Shown in pieces: positions 1 to 16,897 of a stretch of DNA of 47,806 nt; position 1 is the stretch's first letter, and every line of letters starts with the position of its first letter. A model generated the notes under the pieces. The model searched no databases, had not been told where the DNA came from, and saw nothing but the letters and a program-made list of their open reading frames with translations. The position numbers were made by a program, and so were the translations under genes. The stretch is from Nocardioidaceae bacterium. Lineage in GTDB: Bacteria > Actinomycetota > Actinomycetes > Propionibacteriales > Nocardioidaceae. The stretch spans positions 1 through 47,806 of the forward strand of contig JAJUGK010000001.1 in NCBI GenBank assembly GCA_029268205.1, given 5' to 3'.

Positions 1-359
1 GTCGTGCCCTCGATCTTCTCGTAGTGCTCGAGCTCGGTCTGGAACAGCCGCACCAGCTCGACGGCGAGTCCGGCGGTGCCCGCGATGCCGACGACGCTGT
101 ACTCGTCGGCCGGGAACACCTTCTCGATGTCGCGCTGGGCGATGATGTTGCCCATCGTCGCGCGGCGGTCGCCGGCCATGACGACGCCGCCGGTGAAGGT
201 CGCGGCCACGATCGTGGTGCCGTGCGGCGCCAGATCGGCGGCCTCCCCCGCCGGCAGCCGCCGGCCCGGCAGCAGGTCGGGAGCCGCCTGGGAGAGGAAG
301 TCGGCGAACGACGACGATCCGGGGGTGAGGAAGGCGGGGTCGAGGTCGGGCGCGCTCAC
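1..359 (-). CDS. prcB: 20S proteasome beta subunit (5' part; runs off window start)
   Basis: Not in ORF track. Own translation from GTG at 359 (overlaps pup stop): [22 protein letters not shown]...LAPHG|[35 protein letters not shown]; propeptide then catalytic Thr. Confidence 0.95.
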   Translation of the reverse strand, partial: MSAPDLDPAFLTPGSSSFADFLSQAAPDLLPGRRLPAGEAADLAPHGTTIVAATFTGGVVMAGDRRATMGNIIAQRDIEKVFPADEYSVVGIAGTAGLAVELVRLFQTELEHYEKIEGT

Positions 360-556
360 TGGCCGCCCTTCTGGATGAACGACTTCACGAAGTCCTCGGC
401 GTTGGTCTCCAGGACGTCGTCGATCTCGTCGAGGATCGCGTCGATGTCCTCGTCGAGCTGTTCCTTGCGCTCCGTGGTCGCCTCCGACGGGGCCGCGTCC
501 TGCGCGACCTCCTCGGACTCGCTGGAACGACGGGGCTGCTTCTGCTCCTGCGCCAT
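356..556 (-). CDS. pup: Prokaryotic ubiquitin-like protein Pup
   Basis: [29 protein letters not shown]-terminus; ATG at 556 with AAGGAG SD. Confidence 0.97.
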   Translation of the reverse strand: MAQEQKQPRRSSESEEVAQDAAPSEATTERKEQLDEDIDAILDEIDDVLETNAEDFVKSFIQKGGQ

Positions 557-587
557 CGTCAACTCCTTCGTAGTGCCTGGTCCGACC

Positions 588-2102
588 CTACTGGGGCGAG
601 GTGAGTGCGCGGACGAGCTCCTCGGCCGTGGCGCTGCGGTCGATCAGCTCACCGACGTGGGCGCGGGTCCCGCGCAGCGGGTCGGTGGTGGGGACGCGCT
701 GCAGGGACGGGTGCCCGGGGAGGTCGAAGATCACCGAGTCCCACGACGCGGCCGCGATCCGGTCGGCGTACTTGTCGAGGCAGCGACCGCGGAAGTAGGC
801 GCGGGTGTCCTCCGGCGGGTCGCCGACGGCGCGGTCGACCTCGTCGTCGGCGAGCAGTCGCTCGATGCGGCCCATGCGCACCAGCCGGTGGTAGAGGCCC
901 TTCTCCGGCCGGATGTCGGCGTACTGCAGGTCGATCAGGTGCAGCTTCGCGTCGTCCCAGTCGATGCCGTCGCGGTCGCGGTAGGACTCCAGCAGGCGGA
1001 GCTTGGCCACCCAGTCGAGCTCGGCGGCGCAGGAGTGGACGTCGGTCTCGAGCCGGGTGAGCACGGACTCCCAGCGGGCCAGCACGTCGCGGGTCTGCTC
1101 ATCGGCGTCGGCGCCGAACCGGTCCTCGACGTACTTGCGGGCGAGGTCGAGGTACTCCATCTGCAGTTGCACGGCGGTCAGCCGCCGGCCGTCGTGCAGG
1201 CGGACGAGCGTGCGCAGCGACGGGTCGTGGGAGACCGCCCGCAGCGCCTGGACGGGGTTCTCGACGCTGAGGTCGCGGTCGATGAACTGGTCCTCGATCA
1301 TCGCCAGCACCAGGGAGGTGGTGCCGACCTTCAGGTAGGTCGACACCTCGGCCAGATTGGCGTCGCCGATGATCACGTGCAGCCGGCGGTAGCGCTCGGG
1401 GTCGGCGTGCGGCTCGTCGCGGGTGTTGATGATCGGGCGCTTCAGCGTGGTCTCCAGCCCGACCTCGACCTCGAAGTAGTCGGCGCGCTGGCTGATCTGG
1501 AACCCCTGCCCCTTGCCGTCCTGGCCCAGGCCCACGCGGCCCGCGCCGCAGACGACCTGCCGGCTCACGAAGAACGGCGTCAGGTGGGCGACGATGTCGG
1601 CGAACGGCGTCGACCTCCGCATCAGGTAGTTCTCGTGCGCCCCGTAGCTGGCGCCCTTGTTGTCGACGTTGTTCTTGTAGAGCGCGATCGCGGCGGCACC
1701 GGGACTCTGGCCGGCCAGTTCGGCCGCGCGCCGCATCACCTGCTCGCCGGCCTTGTCCCACAGCACCACGTCGCGCGGCGTGGTCACCTCCGGCGTGGAG
1801 TACTCCGGGTGTGCGTGGTCGACGTAGAGCCGGGCGCCGTTGGACAGGATCACGTTGGCCAGCCCGAGGTCCTCGTCGGTCAGCTGGGACGGGTCGGCGG
1901 CGTCCCGGGAGAGGTCGAACCCCCGCGCATCGCGCAGTGGCGACTCCTCCTCGAAGTCCCAGCGCGCACGCCGCGCGCGGACGGCGGCGCTCGCGTAGGC
2001 GTTGACGACCTGTGACGAGGCCACCATCGGATTGGCCTGGGGTTGGCCCTGCACCGAGATGCCGTACTCGACCTCGGTGCCCATCACGCGACGTACGGTC
2101 AT
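588..2102 (-). CDS. dop: Pup deamidase/depupylase Dop
   Basis: [43 protein letters not shown] motifs; between arc and pup. Confidence 0.95.
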   Translation of the reverse strand: MTVRRVMGTEVEYGISVQGQPQANPMVASSQVVNAYASAAVRARRARWDFEEESPLRDARGFDLSRDAADPSQLTDEDLGLANVILSNGARLYVDHAHPEYSTPEVTTPRDVVLWDKAGEQVMRRAAELAGQSPGAAAIALYKNNVDNKGASYGAHENYLMRRSTPFADIVAHLTPFFVSRQVVCGAGRVGLGQDGKGQGFQISQRADYFEVEVGLETTLKRPIINTRDEPHADPERYRRLHVIIGDANLAEVSTYLKVGTTSLVLAMIEDQFIDRDLSVENPVQALRAVSHDPSLRTLVRLHDGRRLTAVQLQMEYLDLARKYVEDRFGADADEQTRDVLARWESVLTRLETDVHSCAAELDWVAKLRLLESYRDRDGIDWDDAKLHLIDLQYADIRPEKGLYHRLVRMGRIERLLADDEVDRAVGDPPEDTRAYFRGRCLDKYADRIAAASWDSVIFDLPGHPSLQRVPTTDPLRGTRAHVGELIDRSATAEELVRALTSPQ

Positions 2103-2105
2103 GGG

Positions 2106-3872
2106 CTAGAGGTACTGGCCGGTGTTGGAGACCGTGTCGATCGACCGGCCGGGCTCGGTGCCCTGCTTGCCGGTGACGAGGGTGCGGATGAACACGATCC
2201 GCTCCCCCTTCTTGCCCGAGATCCGCGCCCAGTCGTCGGGGTTGGTGGTGTTGGGCAGGTCCTCGTTCTCCTTGAACTCGTCGACGCAGGCCTGCAGTAG
2301 GTGGGCGACCCGCAGTCCGCGCTGGTCGTGGTCGAGGAAGTCCTTGATCGCCATCTTCTTCGCGCGGTCGACGATGTTCTGGATCATCGCGCCGGAGTTG
2401 AAGTCCTTGAAGTACAGGACCTCCTTGTCACCGTTGGCGTAGGTCACCTCGAGGAAGCGGTTCTCGTCGCTCTCGGCGTACATCCGCTCCACCGTCGCCC
2501 GGATCATCGCGTCCACGCAGGCCTCGCGGTCGCCGCCGAACTCGGCGAGGTCGTCGGCGTGCAGCGGCAGCCGCGGGGTGAGGTACTTGGAGAAGATGTC
2601 GCGCGCGGACTCGGCGTCGGGCCGCTCGATCTTGATCTTCACGTCGAGCCGCCCGGGCCGCAGGATCGCCGGGTCGATCATGTCCTCGCGGTTGGAGGCA
2701 CCGATGACCAGGACGTTCTCGAGCGTCTCCACCCCGTCGATCTCGCTGAGCAGCTGCGGGACGATGGTGTTCTCCACATCGGAGGAGACCCCGGATCCGC
2801 GGGTGCGGAACAGCGAGTCCATCTCGTCGAAGAACACGATCACCGGCGTGCCCATGCTCGCCTTCTCGCGCGCCCGCTGGAAGACCAGCCGGATGTGCCG
2901 CTCGGTCTCGCCGACGTACTTGTTGAGCAGCTCGGGACCCTTGATGTTGAGGAAGTACGCGCGCGCCTCGGCGCCCTTGCCCTCCGCGCCGGTGCGGGCG
3001 GCGACCTTCTTGGCCAGCGAGTTGGCCACCGCCTTGGCGATCAGGGTCTTGCCGCAGCCGGGAGGTCCGTAGAGCAGCACGCCCTTCGGCGGCTTCAGCT
3101 CGTGGTCGACGAAGAGATCGGGGTGCAGGTACGGGAGCTCGACCGCGTCGCGGATCTGGTCGATCTGGTTGCGCAGGCCGCCGATCGACTCATAGTCGAT
3201 GTCGGGGACCTCCTCGAGCACCAGCTCCTCGACCTCCGACTTCGGCACCCGCTCGTAGACGTACCCCGAGCGGCCGTCGAGCAGCAGCGCGTCACCGGCC
3301 CGCAGCACGGTGCCGCGCAGCGGCTCGGCCAACCGGACCACCCGCTCCTCGTCGGCGTTGCCGACCACGAGGACGCGTTCGCCGTCGGCCAGGAGCTCCT
3401 TGAAGGTCACGATCTCGCCGACCTTCTCGTAGGCCAGCGCGGAGACCACGTTGAGCGACTCGTTGAGCATGACCTCCTGACCGGGGGTCAGCTCGTCGCG
3501 CTCGACGGCGGGGCTGACGTTCACGCGGAGCTTGCGCCCGCCGGTGAACACGTCGATCGTGCCGTCCTCGTGCGCGGCGAGGAAGGTGCCGAAGCCGGCC
3601 GGAGGCTGCGCGAGCCGGTCGACCTCGTCCTTGAGCGTGGTGATCTGGTCGCGGGCGTCACGCAGGGTCTGGGCGAGCTTCTCGTTCTGCGCGGTGAGCG
3701 CCGACAGCGACCGCTGCGCGTCGGCGAGACGCAGCTCCAGGGAGTCCGCACCGCCGCGCTCGGCCAGCCGGCGGCGCAGCACTCCCACCTCCGCCTCCAG
3801 ATCGGCGACCTGGCGCAGCAGGTCCTCGGTGCTCCGGCTCGAGTGCCGGTCCGGTCCCATCCCTGTCGGCAT
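2106..3872 (-). CDS. arc: Proteasome-associated AAA ATPase ARC/Mpa
   Basis: N-terminal coiled coil, Walker A GPPGCGKT, Walker B VFFDEMD, C-terminal GQYL; ATG 3872 preceded by GGAGG. Confidence 0.97.
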   Translation of the reverse strand: MPTGMGPDRHSSRSTEDLLRQVADLEAEVGVLRRRLAERGGADSLELRLADAQRSLSALTAQNEKLAQTLRDARDQITTLKDEVDRLAQPPAGFGTFLAAHEDGTIDVFTGGRKLRVNVSPAVERDELTPGQEVMLNESLNVVSALAYEKVGEIVTFKELLADGERVLVVGNADEERVVRLAEPLRGTVLRAGDALLLDGRSGYVYERVPKSEVEELVLEEVPDIDYESIGGLRNQIDQIRDAVELPYLHPDLFVDHELKPPKGVLLYGPPGCGKTLIAKAVANSLAKKVAARTGAEGKGAEARAYFLNIKGPELLNKYVGETERHIRLVFQRAREKASMGTPVIVFFDEMDSLFRTRGSGVSSDVENTIVPQLLSEIDGVETLENVLVIGASNREDMIDPAILRPGRLDVKIKIERPDAESARDIFSKYLTPRLPLHADDLAEFGGDREACVDAMIRATVERMYAESDENRFLEVTYANGDKEVLYFKDFNSGAMIQNIVDRAKKMAIKDFLDHDQRGLRVAHLLQACVDEFKENEDLPNTTNPDDWARISGKKGERIVFIRTLVTGKQGTEPGRSIDTVSNTGQYL

Positions 3873-3963
3873 GGCGTCCACCTCCGCTGGCTCGTGTCCT
3901 CGACCCTACCCGCGGCTTCCCCACCGGACCCGGCATATCAACCTCGCGCGGGTCACCGATTGG

Positions 3964-5767
<1,804 letters not shown>

Positions 5768-6820
5768 CCTCGGGCGCCTCACCCGGCGCGAGCACCGCCT
5801 CGGGCTCGACCGCGTGCGGCGTGATCTCGCCCCGGTCGATCTCCTCGGCCCAGTGGCAGGCCACCCGGTGCCCGGGCCGCAGCTCGCGCAGGGCCGGCCG
5901 CTCGTCGTCGCAGCGGGTGGCCTGGCGGAATGGGCAGCGCGTGTGGAACCGGCACCCGTTCGGGGGGTTCGCGGGCGAGGGCAGATCCCCGGTCAGCAGG
6001 ATCCGCTCGCGGCTCTCCTCCACCCGGGGATCGGGGACCGGCACGGCCGACATCAGCGCCTTGGTGTAGGGGTGCAACGGCGCCTCGTAGAGGTCGTCGG
6101 CGTCGGCCTCCTCGACGAACGCACCGAGATACATCACGGCGATCCGGTCGGAGACGTGGCGGACGACGGCGAGGTCGTGCGCGATGACGAGGTAGGTCAG
6201 ACCCAGCGCGTCCTGGAGCTCCTCGAGCAGGTTGAGCACCTGGGCCTGGATCGAGACGTCGAGGGCGGAGACCGGCTCGTCGGCGACCACGAAGCGGGGC
6301 TGCATCGCGACCGCGCGGGCGATGCCGATGCGCTGGCGCTGACCGCCGGAGAACTCGTGCGGGTACTTGCGGGCCGCCGCGGCGGGCAGACCGACGCGTT
6401 CGAGCAGATCCCGCACGTGGGTCTGCCGGTCGAAGTCGATGCCGTGCGCCCGCAACGGCTCGGTGAGCAGCGTCTCCACGCTCTGTCGCGGGTTGAGGCT
6501 GCCGAGCGGGTCCTGGAACACCATCTGCATGTCCTGGCGCTGCCTGCGCAGGGCCTCGCCCTTGAGCGGGGCGACGTCGACCCCGTCGAACTCGACGGTG
6601 CCGCGGGTCACCGGCGCCAGGCGCAGGAGCGCCCGGCCCAGGGTCGACTTGCCGCACCCCGACTCACCGACCAGGCCCATGGTGGACCCGGCGGGGATGT
6701 CGAGATCGACGCCGTCGACCGCCTTGACGGCACCGACCTGACGGCGCAGCAGCGCGCCGCTGCGGATCGGATAGTGCACGGCGAGGTCGCGGACGCGCAC
6801 CAGCGGTGCGCCGGCGTCGC

Positions 6821-7830
<1,010 letters not shown>

Positions 7831-7834
<4 letters not shown>

Positions 7835-8751
7835 CGTCTGCTCCTCGGGTCCAGGGCCTCGCGCAGGGACTCCCCGAGCAGCGTGAAGCCGAGCGCCGTG
7901 ACCGCGATCGCGAGTCCGGGCAGCAGGGCGAGCTGGGGCGCGACCTGGAACCGGTCCTGTGCGGCGACGAGCATCCGTCCCCACTCGGCGACCGCGGGGT
8001 CACTGCTGCCCAGGCCGAGGAACGACAGCGCCGCGACCTCGATGATCGCCGTGGCGAGGTTGAGGGTCGCCTGGGCGAGCGTCGGCCCCAGCGCGTTGGG
8101 GAAGATGTGGCCGAGCACGATGCGGCGCCGTCTGATGCCGATCGCCTCGGCGGCCAGGACGTAGTCGCTGCGCGCCTGGGAGAGCATCGAGCTGCGCAGC
8201 AGTCGCGCGATGATCGGGACCTGGGCGGCACCGATCGCGATCATGATGGCGTAGGCGTTCTGGCCGAGCACCGCGGCGATCGACACGGCCAACAGCAGGC
8301 TGGGCACCGAGAGCAGGATGTCGACGATCCGCATGATGACGGTGTCGACCCAGCCGCCGAGACCGCCGGCGAGGATCCCGAGGAAACCGCCGGCGGTGAC
8401 GCCGATCGCGGTGGCGACGACGCCGTAGACCAGGGACTGCCGGGCGCCGTAGACCAGTTGCGTCCACAGGTCGGACCCGAACCGGTCGAGGCCGAGCCAG
8501 TGCTCGCTGCTCGGACCCGGGACGCTGCTCGGGGTCACCTGACCCGACCACTGCCCGGTGCCCGGGGAGTACGGGGTGAGCAGGGGCGCGGCGACGGCGA
8601 CCAGGAGGAAGCCGGCGATGATGGCCAGGCCCACCAGGGCGGTCGGTTGCCGCCGCAGCTGCCGGAACGCGGCCCGGGTGATGCTGACGCCCGGCTCGTG
8701 GTCGGCGCCGGTCCCGCTGGCGGCGCCCGCCGGTGGCAGAGGGATGGTCAT
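7831..8751 (-). CDS. Peptide ABC transporter permease (OppC/DppC-like)
   Basis: HWLGLDRFGSD, EAA-like loop DYVLAAEAIG...HIFPN, multiple TM helices. Confidence 0.9.
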
Positions 8752-9752
8752 GACACCCGCACTCTCGGATCGATGATCCCGTAGGCGACGTCGACGGCGA
8801 GGTTGATCAGCGCGTAGGTCAGCGCGATGAACAGGATGTAGCCCTGCAGCACCGGATAGTCGCGCTGGGTGATCGACTCGAAGAGGTAGCGCCCGATGCC
8901 GTTCCAGGCGAACACCGTCTCGGTGAGCACCGCGCCGGAGAGCAGGAGGCCGGTCTGCAGGCCGATCGTCGTGACCACGGGGAGCAGCGCGTTGCGCAGC
9001 ACGTGCCGACGGCTGATCAGCTTGCCGGGGAGCCCCTTGGCCTTGGCGGTCCGGACGAAGTCCTCGTCGATGACCTCGGCGACCGCGGCGCGGGTGATCC
9101 GCACGATGATCGCCAGCGGGATCGTCCCAAGGGCGATCGCCGGCAGGATGAGATGCGTCAGGGCGTCCAACGCGGCGTCCCACTCCTGGGTCAGGAGGCC
9201 GTCGAGGACATAGAAGTTCGTCACGTGTGTGGCGTCGATCCGGGCGTCCTGGCGCAACCCGGTCGGCAGCAGGCCCAGCCAGTCGGCGAAGACGAGCTTG
9301 AGCAGGATCGCCAGGAAGAACACCGGCGTGACCACCCCGAAGAGGGAGCCGGACACGACGAAGGTGTCCAGCGCCCGGCCGCGGTGCCGCGCCGCGAGGT
9401 ACCCCAGCGGTACCCCGACCACAACGGCGATGAGCAACGCGGCCAGGGCCAGTTCGATCGTCCCCGGGAACTTCTCCAGGAACGTCGAGGTGACGGGTCG
9501 GCCGTCACGGATCGACCGGCCGAAGTCACCTTGGAGCAGCGACCCGACGTAGCGGAAGTACTGCTCGAGCACCGGTCGGTCGAAGCCGTAGGTCTCGGTG
9601 ACCCGGGCGATGCTCTCGGGGGTGGCACGCTGCCCGAGGAGAGCCCTGGCGGGATCCCCGGGCAGCGCGCGCACCCACAGGAACAGCAGGATCGACAGGC
9701 CTGCCAGTACCGGCACCAGCAGCGCGAGCCTGCGGAGGATGAATCCGATCAC
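8748..9752 (-). CDS. Peptide ABC transporter permease (OppB/DppB-like)
   Basis: LPGDPA, GDFGRS, DFVRTAKAKG, ETVFAWNGIG, RDYPVLQG, DPRV. Confidence 0.92.
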   Translation of the reverse strand: MIGFILRRLALLVPVLAGLSILLFLWVRALPGDPARALLGQRATPESIARVTETYGFDRPVLEQYFRYVGSLLQGDFGRSIRDGRPVTSTFLEKFPGTIELALAALLIAVVVGVPLGYLAARHRGRALDTFVVSGSLFGVVTPVFFLAILLKLVFADWLGLLPTGLRQDARIDATHVTNFYVLDGLLTQEWDAALDALTHLILPAIALGTIPLAIIVRITRAAVAEVIDEDFVRTAKAKGLPGKLISRRHVLRNALLPVVTTIGLQTGLLLSGAVLTETVFAWNGIGRYLFESITQRDYPVLQGYILFIALTYALINLAVDVAYGIIDPRVRVS

Positions 9753-9760
9753 TGAGGGGG

Positions 9761-11416
9761 TCAGTCTCCCAGCGAGACGGTGTTGAACACCTCGTCGTTG
9801 ACCGGGCTCTGCTGGAACCCGGACACGTTCGGGGCGAACGCCAGCGACGGAGCGCCGTGGGCGAGCGGCACGCCGGGCAGGAACTCCATCACGTCGGCGT
9901 TGATCTCGGCGTAGAGCGGCTCCTGCTCCTCGGTGGTCGCCATCCCCCGGGCCTGCGCCAGCTTCTGGAACAGCTCCCGGTTGGTGAAGCCCCACTCGTC
10001 CTGCTGGGTGCCGAAGAACGTGCCGAGGAAGTTGTCCGGGTCGTTGTAGTCACCGGTCCACCCGAGCAGGTGGATGCCGTGGTCCGCCGAACCGGTGATC
10101 CGGTCGAGGTAGTCGGGGCTCCACATGTCGGCCTCCGGCTTGACCTTCAGTCCGACCGCCTCGAGCTGCGAACGGAGGACGTTGAAGGTGTCCGCCGGCT
10201 GGGGCATGTAGGGCCGGCTGACGTCGGTCGGGTAGTTGAAGGTGATGGTCGCCCCGGCAACCCCGGCCTCCTCGAGCAGCTGGCGCGCCTTGTCGGGGTC
10301 GTACTCGTAGGTCGGCACGTCCTCGGACCAGCCCAGCACGGTGTCGGGCATGAACTGGGTGGCGACCGCGGTGCCCTCGGGCAGCGAGGCGGCGACGACG
10401 GCGTCCTTGTCGATCGCGTGGGCGATCGCCTGCCGGACGCGGATGTCGTCGAACGGCTTGGTCTTCTGGTTGAACGCGAGGTAGAGAACCGTGAACGGGT
10501 CGCGGTCGACGACCTGGAAGTCGGCGTCCTTCAGCGGCTGCAGGTCCGCCGGTGCGATCAGGTCCGCGCCGTCGACGTCGCCGTTGCGGACCGCGGTGGC
10601 GCGGGCCTGCGGGTCGGCGATGGCGAGGATCCGCAGCTCGTCGATCTTGGCCTTCTCGCCCCAGTAGTCCTCATAGGGCTTCAGCGTGACCGAGTTGCCC
10701 TGGTCCCACTCATCGAGGACGAACGGGCCGGTGCCGGTCGGGTGGGCGGTGGCGTACGGCGTGGTGTTGACGTTCTCGGCCGCGTCGTCGTGGTGCTCCT
10801 GCAGCGCCGTCGGGCTCTGCATCGAGAACGCCGGGAGCGACAGCGCCGCGATGAAACCGGCGTACGGCGTGGTCAGCTTGATCTCGGCCGTCTGCTCGTC
10901 GGCCGCGGTGCAGCTCTCGTAGACGGCGTCCTTCGGGGCGGTGGCGAAGCCGCGGAAGAGCTTGCCGTAGTAGTAGGCGAGGTCGGCGGACTGCGCGGAC
11001 TCGGGGATGTTGTACCACCGGTCGAAGTTGAAGCAGACGGCCTCGGCGTCGAACGGGGTGCCGTCGTGGAAGGTGACGTCCTCGACCAGGTCGAAGGTGT
11101 AGGTCAGGCCGTCGTCACTGACGTCCCACGACTCCGCCAGCAGCGGCGCGGGGTCGGCGGTGCCGGGCTCCGTGCCGACCAGACCCTCGAAGATCTGGCG
11201 GGCGACGCGGAACGTCTCCCCGTCGGAGCCGTAGAACGGGTCGAGGGTCTTCGGCTCGGCCGAGCCGGCGAAGACGAAGGTGCCGCCGCCCTCGGCGTCG
11301 CCACCCTCCCCTCGCTCGCTCTCGGCACAGCTGGAGAGCACCAGCGCGGACGCGGCGAGCGCCGCGGTCAGGGCGAGCCCGCGGCGTGGCCGCAGGGCGG
11401 AGCGCAGGACAGACAT
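9761..11416 (-). CDS. Peptide ABC transporter substrate-binding lipoprotein (family 5)
   Basis: Lipobox LSSC, PLLAESW.VS.DGLTYTF, FHDGTPFDAEAV, GTGPF, GWTGDY.DP. Confidence 0.92.
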   Translation of the reverse strand: MSVLRSALRPRRGLALTAALAASALVLSSCAESERGEGGDAEGGGTFVFAGSAEPKTLDPFYGSDGETFRVARQIFEGLVGTEPGTADPAPLLAESWDVSDDGLTYTFDLVEDVTFHDGTPFDAEAVCFNFDRWYNIPESAQSADLAYYYGKLFRGFATAPKDAVYESCTAADEQTAEIKLTTPYAGFIAALSLPAFSMQSPTALQEHHDDAAENVNTTPYATAHPTGTGPFVLDEWDQGNSVTLKPYEDYWGEKAKIDELRILAIADPQARATAVRNGDVDGADLIAPADLQPLKDADFQVVDRDPFTVLYLAFNQKTKPFDDIRVRQAIAHAIDKDAVVAASLPEGTAVATQFMPDTVLGWSEDVPTYEYDPDKARQLLEEAGVAGATITFNYPTDVSRPYMPQPADTFNVLRSQLEAVGLKVKPEADMWSPDYLDRITGSADHGIHLLGWTGDYNDPDNFLGTFFGTQQDEWGFTNRELFQKLAQARGMATTEEQEPLYAEINADVMEFLPGVPLAHGAPSLAFAPNVSGFQQSPVNDEVFNTVSLGD

Positions 11417-11523
11417 GGCGATCCTTCCGAGATCTCAGCGCGACGTCGGGACTAACGTCGCGGGTGGGGGACACTACCCGCAGTCCATCCCGTCCCGGCC
11501 GTTCGCGCAGCACCCCCGAGGTC

Positions 11524-11543
11524 GCGAATCGTTAACGATTCGC
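11524..11543. promoter_or_regulatory. Perfect 20-bp palindrome, putative operator or hairpin
   Basis: GCGAATCGTTAACGATTCGC is its own reverse complement; covers HAD stop, about 110 bp upstream of the peptide-binding gene. Confidence 0.5.
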
Positions 11544-12197
11544 CAGGGCGAAGAGCCGGTCGACGTCGACCCCGAGCAGACCGCCGTCGTGGATCACCCG
11601 TCCGGGGCCCGGGAGCACCGGGACGTGGTTCGGGACGCACAGCACCCGGCAGCCGGCCGCCCCGGCCGACCGTGCGCCGGTGTTGGAGTCCTCCACCGCC
11701 AGGCACTCCTCCGCGCGCACGCCGAGCAGCCGAGCCGCCTTGAGGTAGGGCTCCGGGTGGGGTTTGCCGTGGGTCACGGTGTCGCCGGTGACGACGGCGG
11801 CGAAGGTGTCCTCGGGCAGCGCGGCGAGCATCGGCTCGACGAAGCGGGCGTACGACATCGTCACCAGGGCACAGGGCACGCCCAGCTCCCCCAGCTCGGC
11901 GAGCAGCTCCCGCACCCCGGGGCACCACGGGACCTCCTGCTGCATCCGGGCGGTGACGCGGTCGAGCAGCTCCTCGACGATCTGTGCCGGTTCGAGCGGA
12001 ACGCCCGCGTGCTCGGCGATGTAGCGACCGGAGTCCAGCAGGTCGTTGCCGACCAGCTTGAGCGCGTGCTCCTCACTCCAGGTCCCGCCGTGCTCGGCCG
12101 CTAGGTCGAACTCCGCGGCGATCCAGTACGGCTCGGTGTCGACGAGGGTGCCGTCCATGTCCCACAGCACCGCCGCCGGACGGAAGGTCTCCGGCAC
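11532..12197 (-). CDS. HAD-superfamily phosphatase (subfamily IA)
   Basis: WDMDGTLVDTE, KPHPEPY, VEDSNTG motifs. Confidence 0.92.
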   Translation of the reverse strand: MPETFRPAAVLWDMDGTLVDTEPYWIAAEFDLAAEHGGTWSEEHALKLVGNDLLDSGRYIAEHAGVPLEPAQIVEELLDRVTARMQQEVPWCPGVRELLAELGELGVPCALVTMSYARFVEPMLAALPEDTFAAVVTGDTVTHGKPHPEPYLKAARLLGVRAEECLAVEDSNTGARSAGAAGCRVLCVPNHVPVLPGPGRVIHDGGLLGVDVDRLFALANR

Positions 12198-12200
12198 GCC

Positions 12201-15926
<3,726 letters not shown>

Positions 15927-16021
15927 CGCTCCAGGGTAGGCACGGGCCGTGACCGGCCCGGGGGGTGCGCCGCATGGTGACATCCGTCGGGTCCCCCGGG
16001 CCGGGCACCTAATCTGGGGGT

Positions 16022-16876
16022 GTGATCGAGATCGAGGAAATCCCCCCGTTGCGCGCACCCGTCCTGGTCGCCGCCTTCGAGGGCTGGAACGACGCCGCCG
16101 ACGCGGCCTCGTCGGTGATCGACCACCTGATCGACGTCTGGGACGCGCAGGTGGTGGCCGCCATCGATCCCGAGGACTTCTACGACTTCCAGATGAACCG
16201 TCCCGTGGTCGGCACGGACGAGGCCGGCATGCGCCGGATCACCTGGCCCTCGACCCAGCTCTCGGTGGCGCGGATCCCGGGTGCCGCCCGCGACGTGGTG
16301 CTGCTGCGCGGCATCGAACCCAACATGCGCTGGCGGCAGTTCTGCGCCGAGCTCCTCGCCGCCGCCGACGAGCTCGGTGTCGAGCTGGTGGTGACGTTGG
16401 GCGCGCTGCTCGCCGACACGCCCCACACGCGACCGATCCCGGTCACGGGGACGGCATCGGAGCCGGCGCTGGCCGATCGCCTCGACCTCGACCAGTCCCG
16501 CTACGAGGGCCCGACCGGCATCGTCGGCGTCTTCGAGGACGCCTGCAGCCGCCTCGACTTCCCCTCGGTGTCGTTCTGGGCGGCGGTGCCGCACTACGTC
16601 GCGCAGCCCCCGTGCCCGAAAGCCGCACTGGCGTTGCTGGGCCACCTCGAGGACCTGCTCGAGATCCCGATCCCGCTGGGCACGCTCCCCGAGGACGCCC
16701 GGGCGTGGGAACGCGGCGTCGACGAGCTCGCCGACGAGGACGAGGAGATCGCCGACTACGTCCGCGCCCTCGAGGAGAGCCGGGACACCGCCGACCTCCC
16801 CGAGGCCAGTGGCGAGGCCATCGCGCGCGAGTTCGAGCGCTACCTCAAGCGGCGCAACGATCCCCGCACCGACTGA
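16022..16876 (+). CDS. PAC2-family protein (proteasome assembly chaperone-like, Rv2125-like)
   Basis: [41 protein letters not shown]-terminal EFERYL. Confidence 0.9.
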   Translation: MIEIEEIPPLRAPVLVAAFEGWNDAADAASSVIDHLIDVWDAQVVAAIDPEDFYDFQMNRPVVGTDEAGMRRITWPSTQLSVARIPGAARDVVLLRGIEPNMRWRQFCAELLAAADELGVELVVTLGALLADTPHTRPIPVTGTASEPALADRLDLDQSRYEGPTGIVGVFEDACSRLDFPSVSFWAAVPHYVAQPPCPKAALALLGHLEDLLEIPIPLGTLPEDARAWERGVDELADEDEEIADYVRALEESRDTADLPEASGEAIAREFERYLKRRNDPRTD

Positions 16877-16897
16877 CCCGCGCAGACCGGCCCGCAC

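Noticed and set aside
15927-16058. B12 or SAM riboswitch, or N-terminal extension of metH
   Set aside because: Gap is only 95 bp with a -10 directly before the GTG; no riboswitch core motifs; the extension would overlap PAC2
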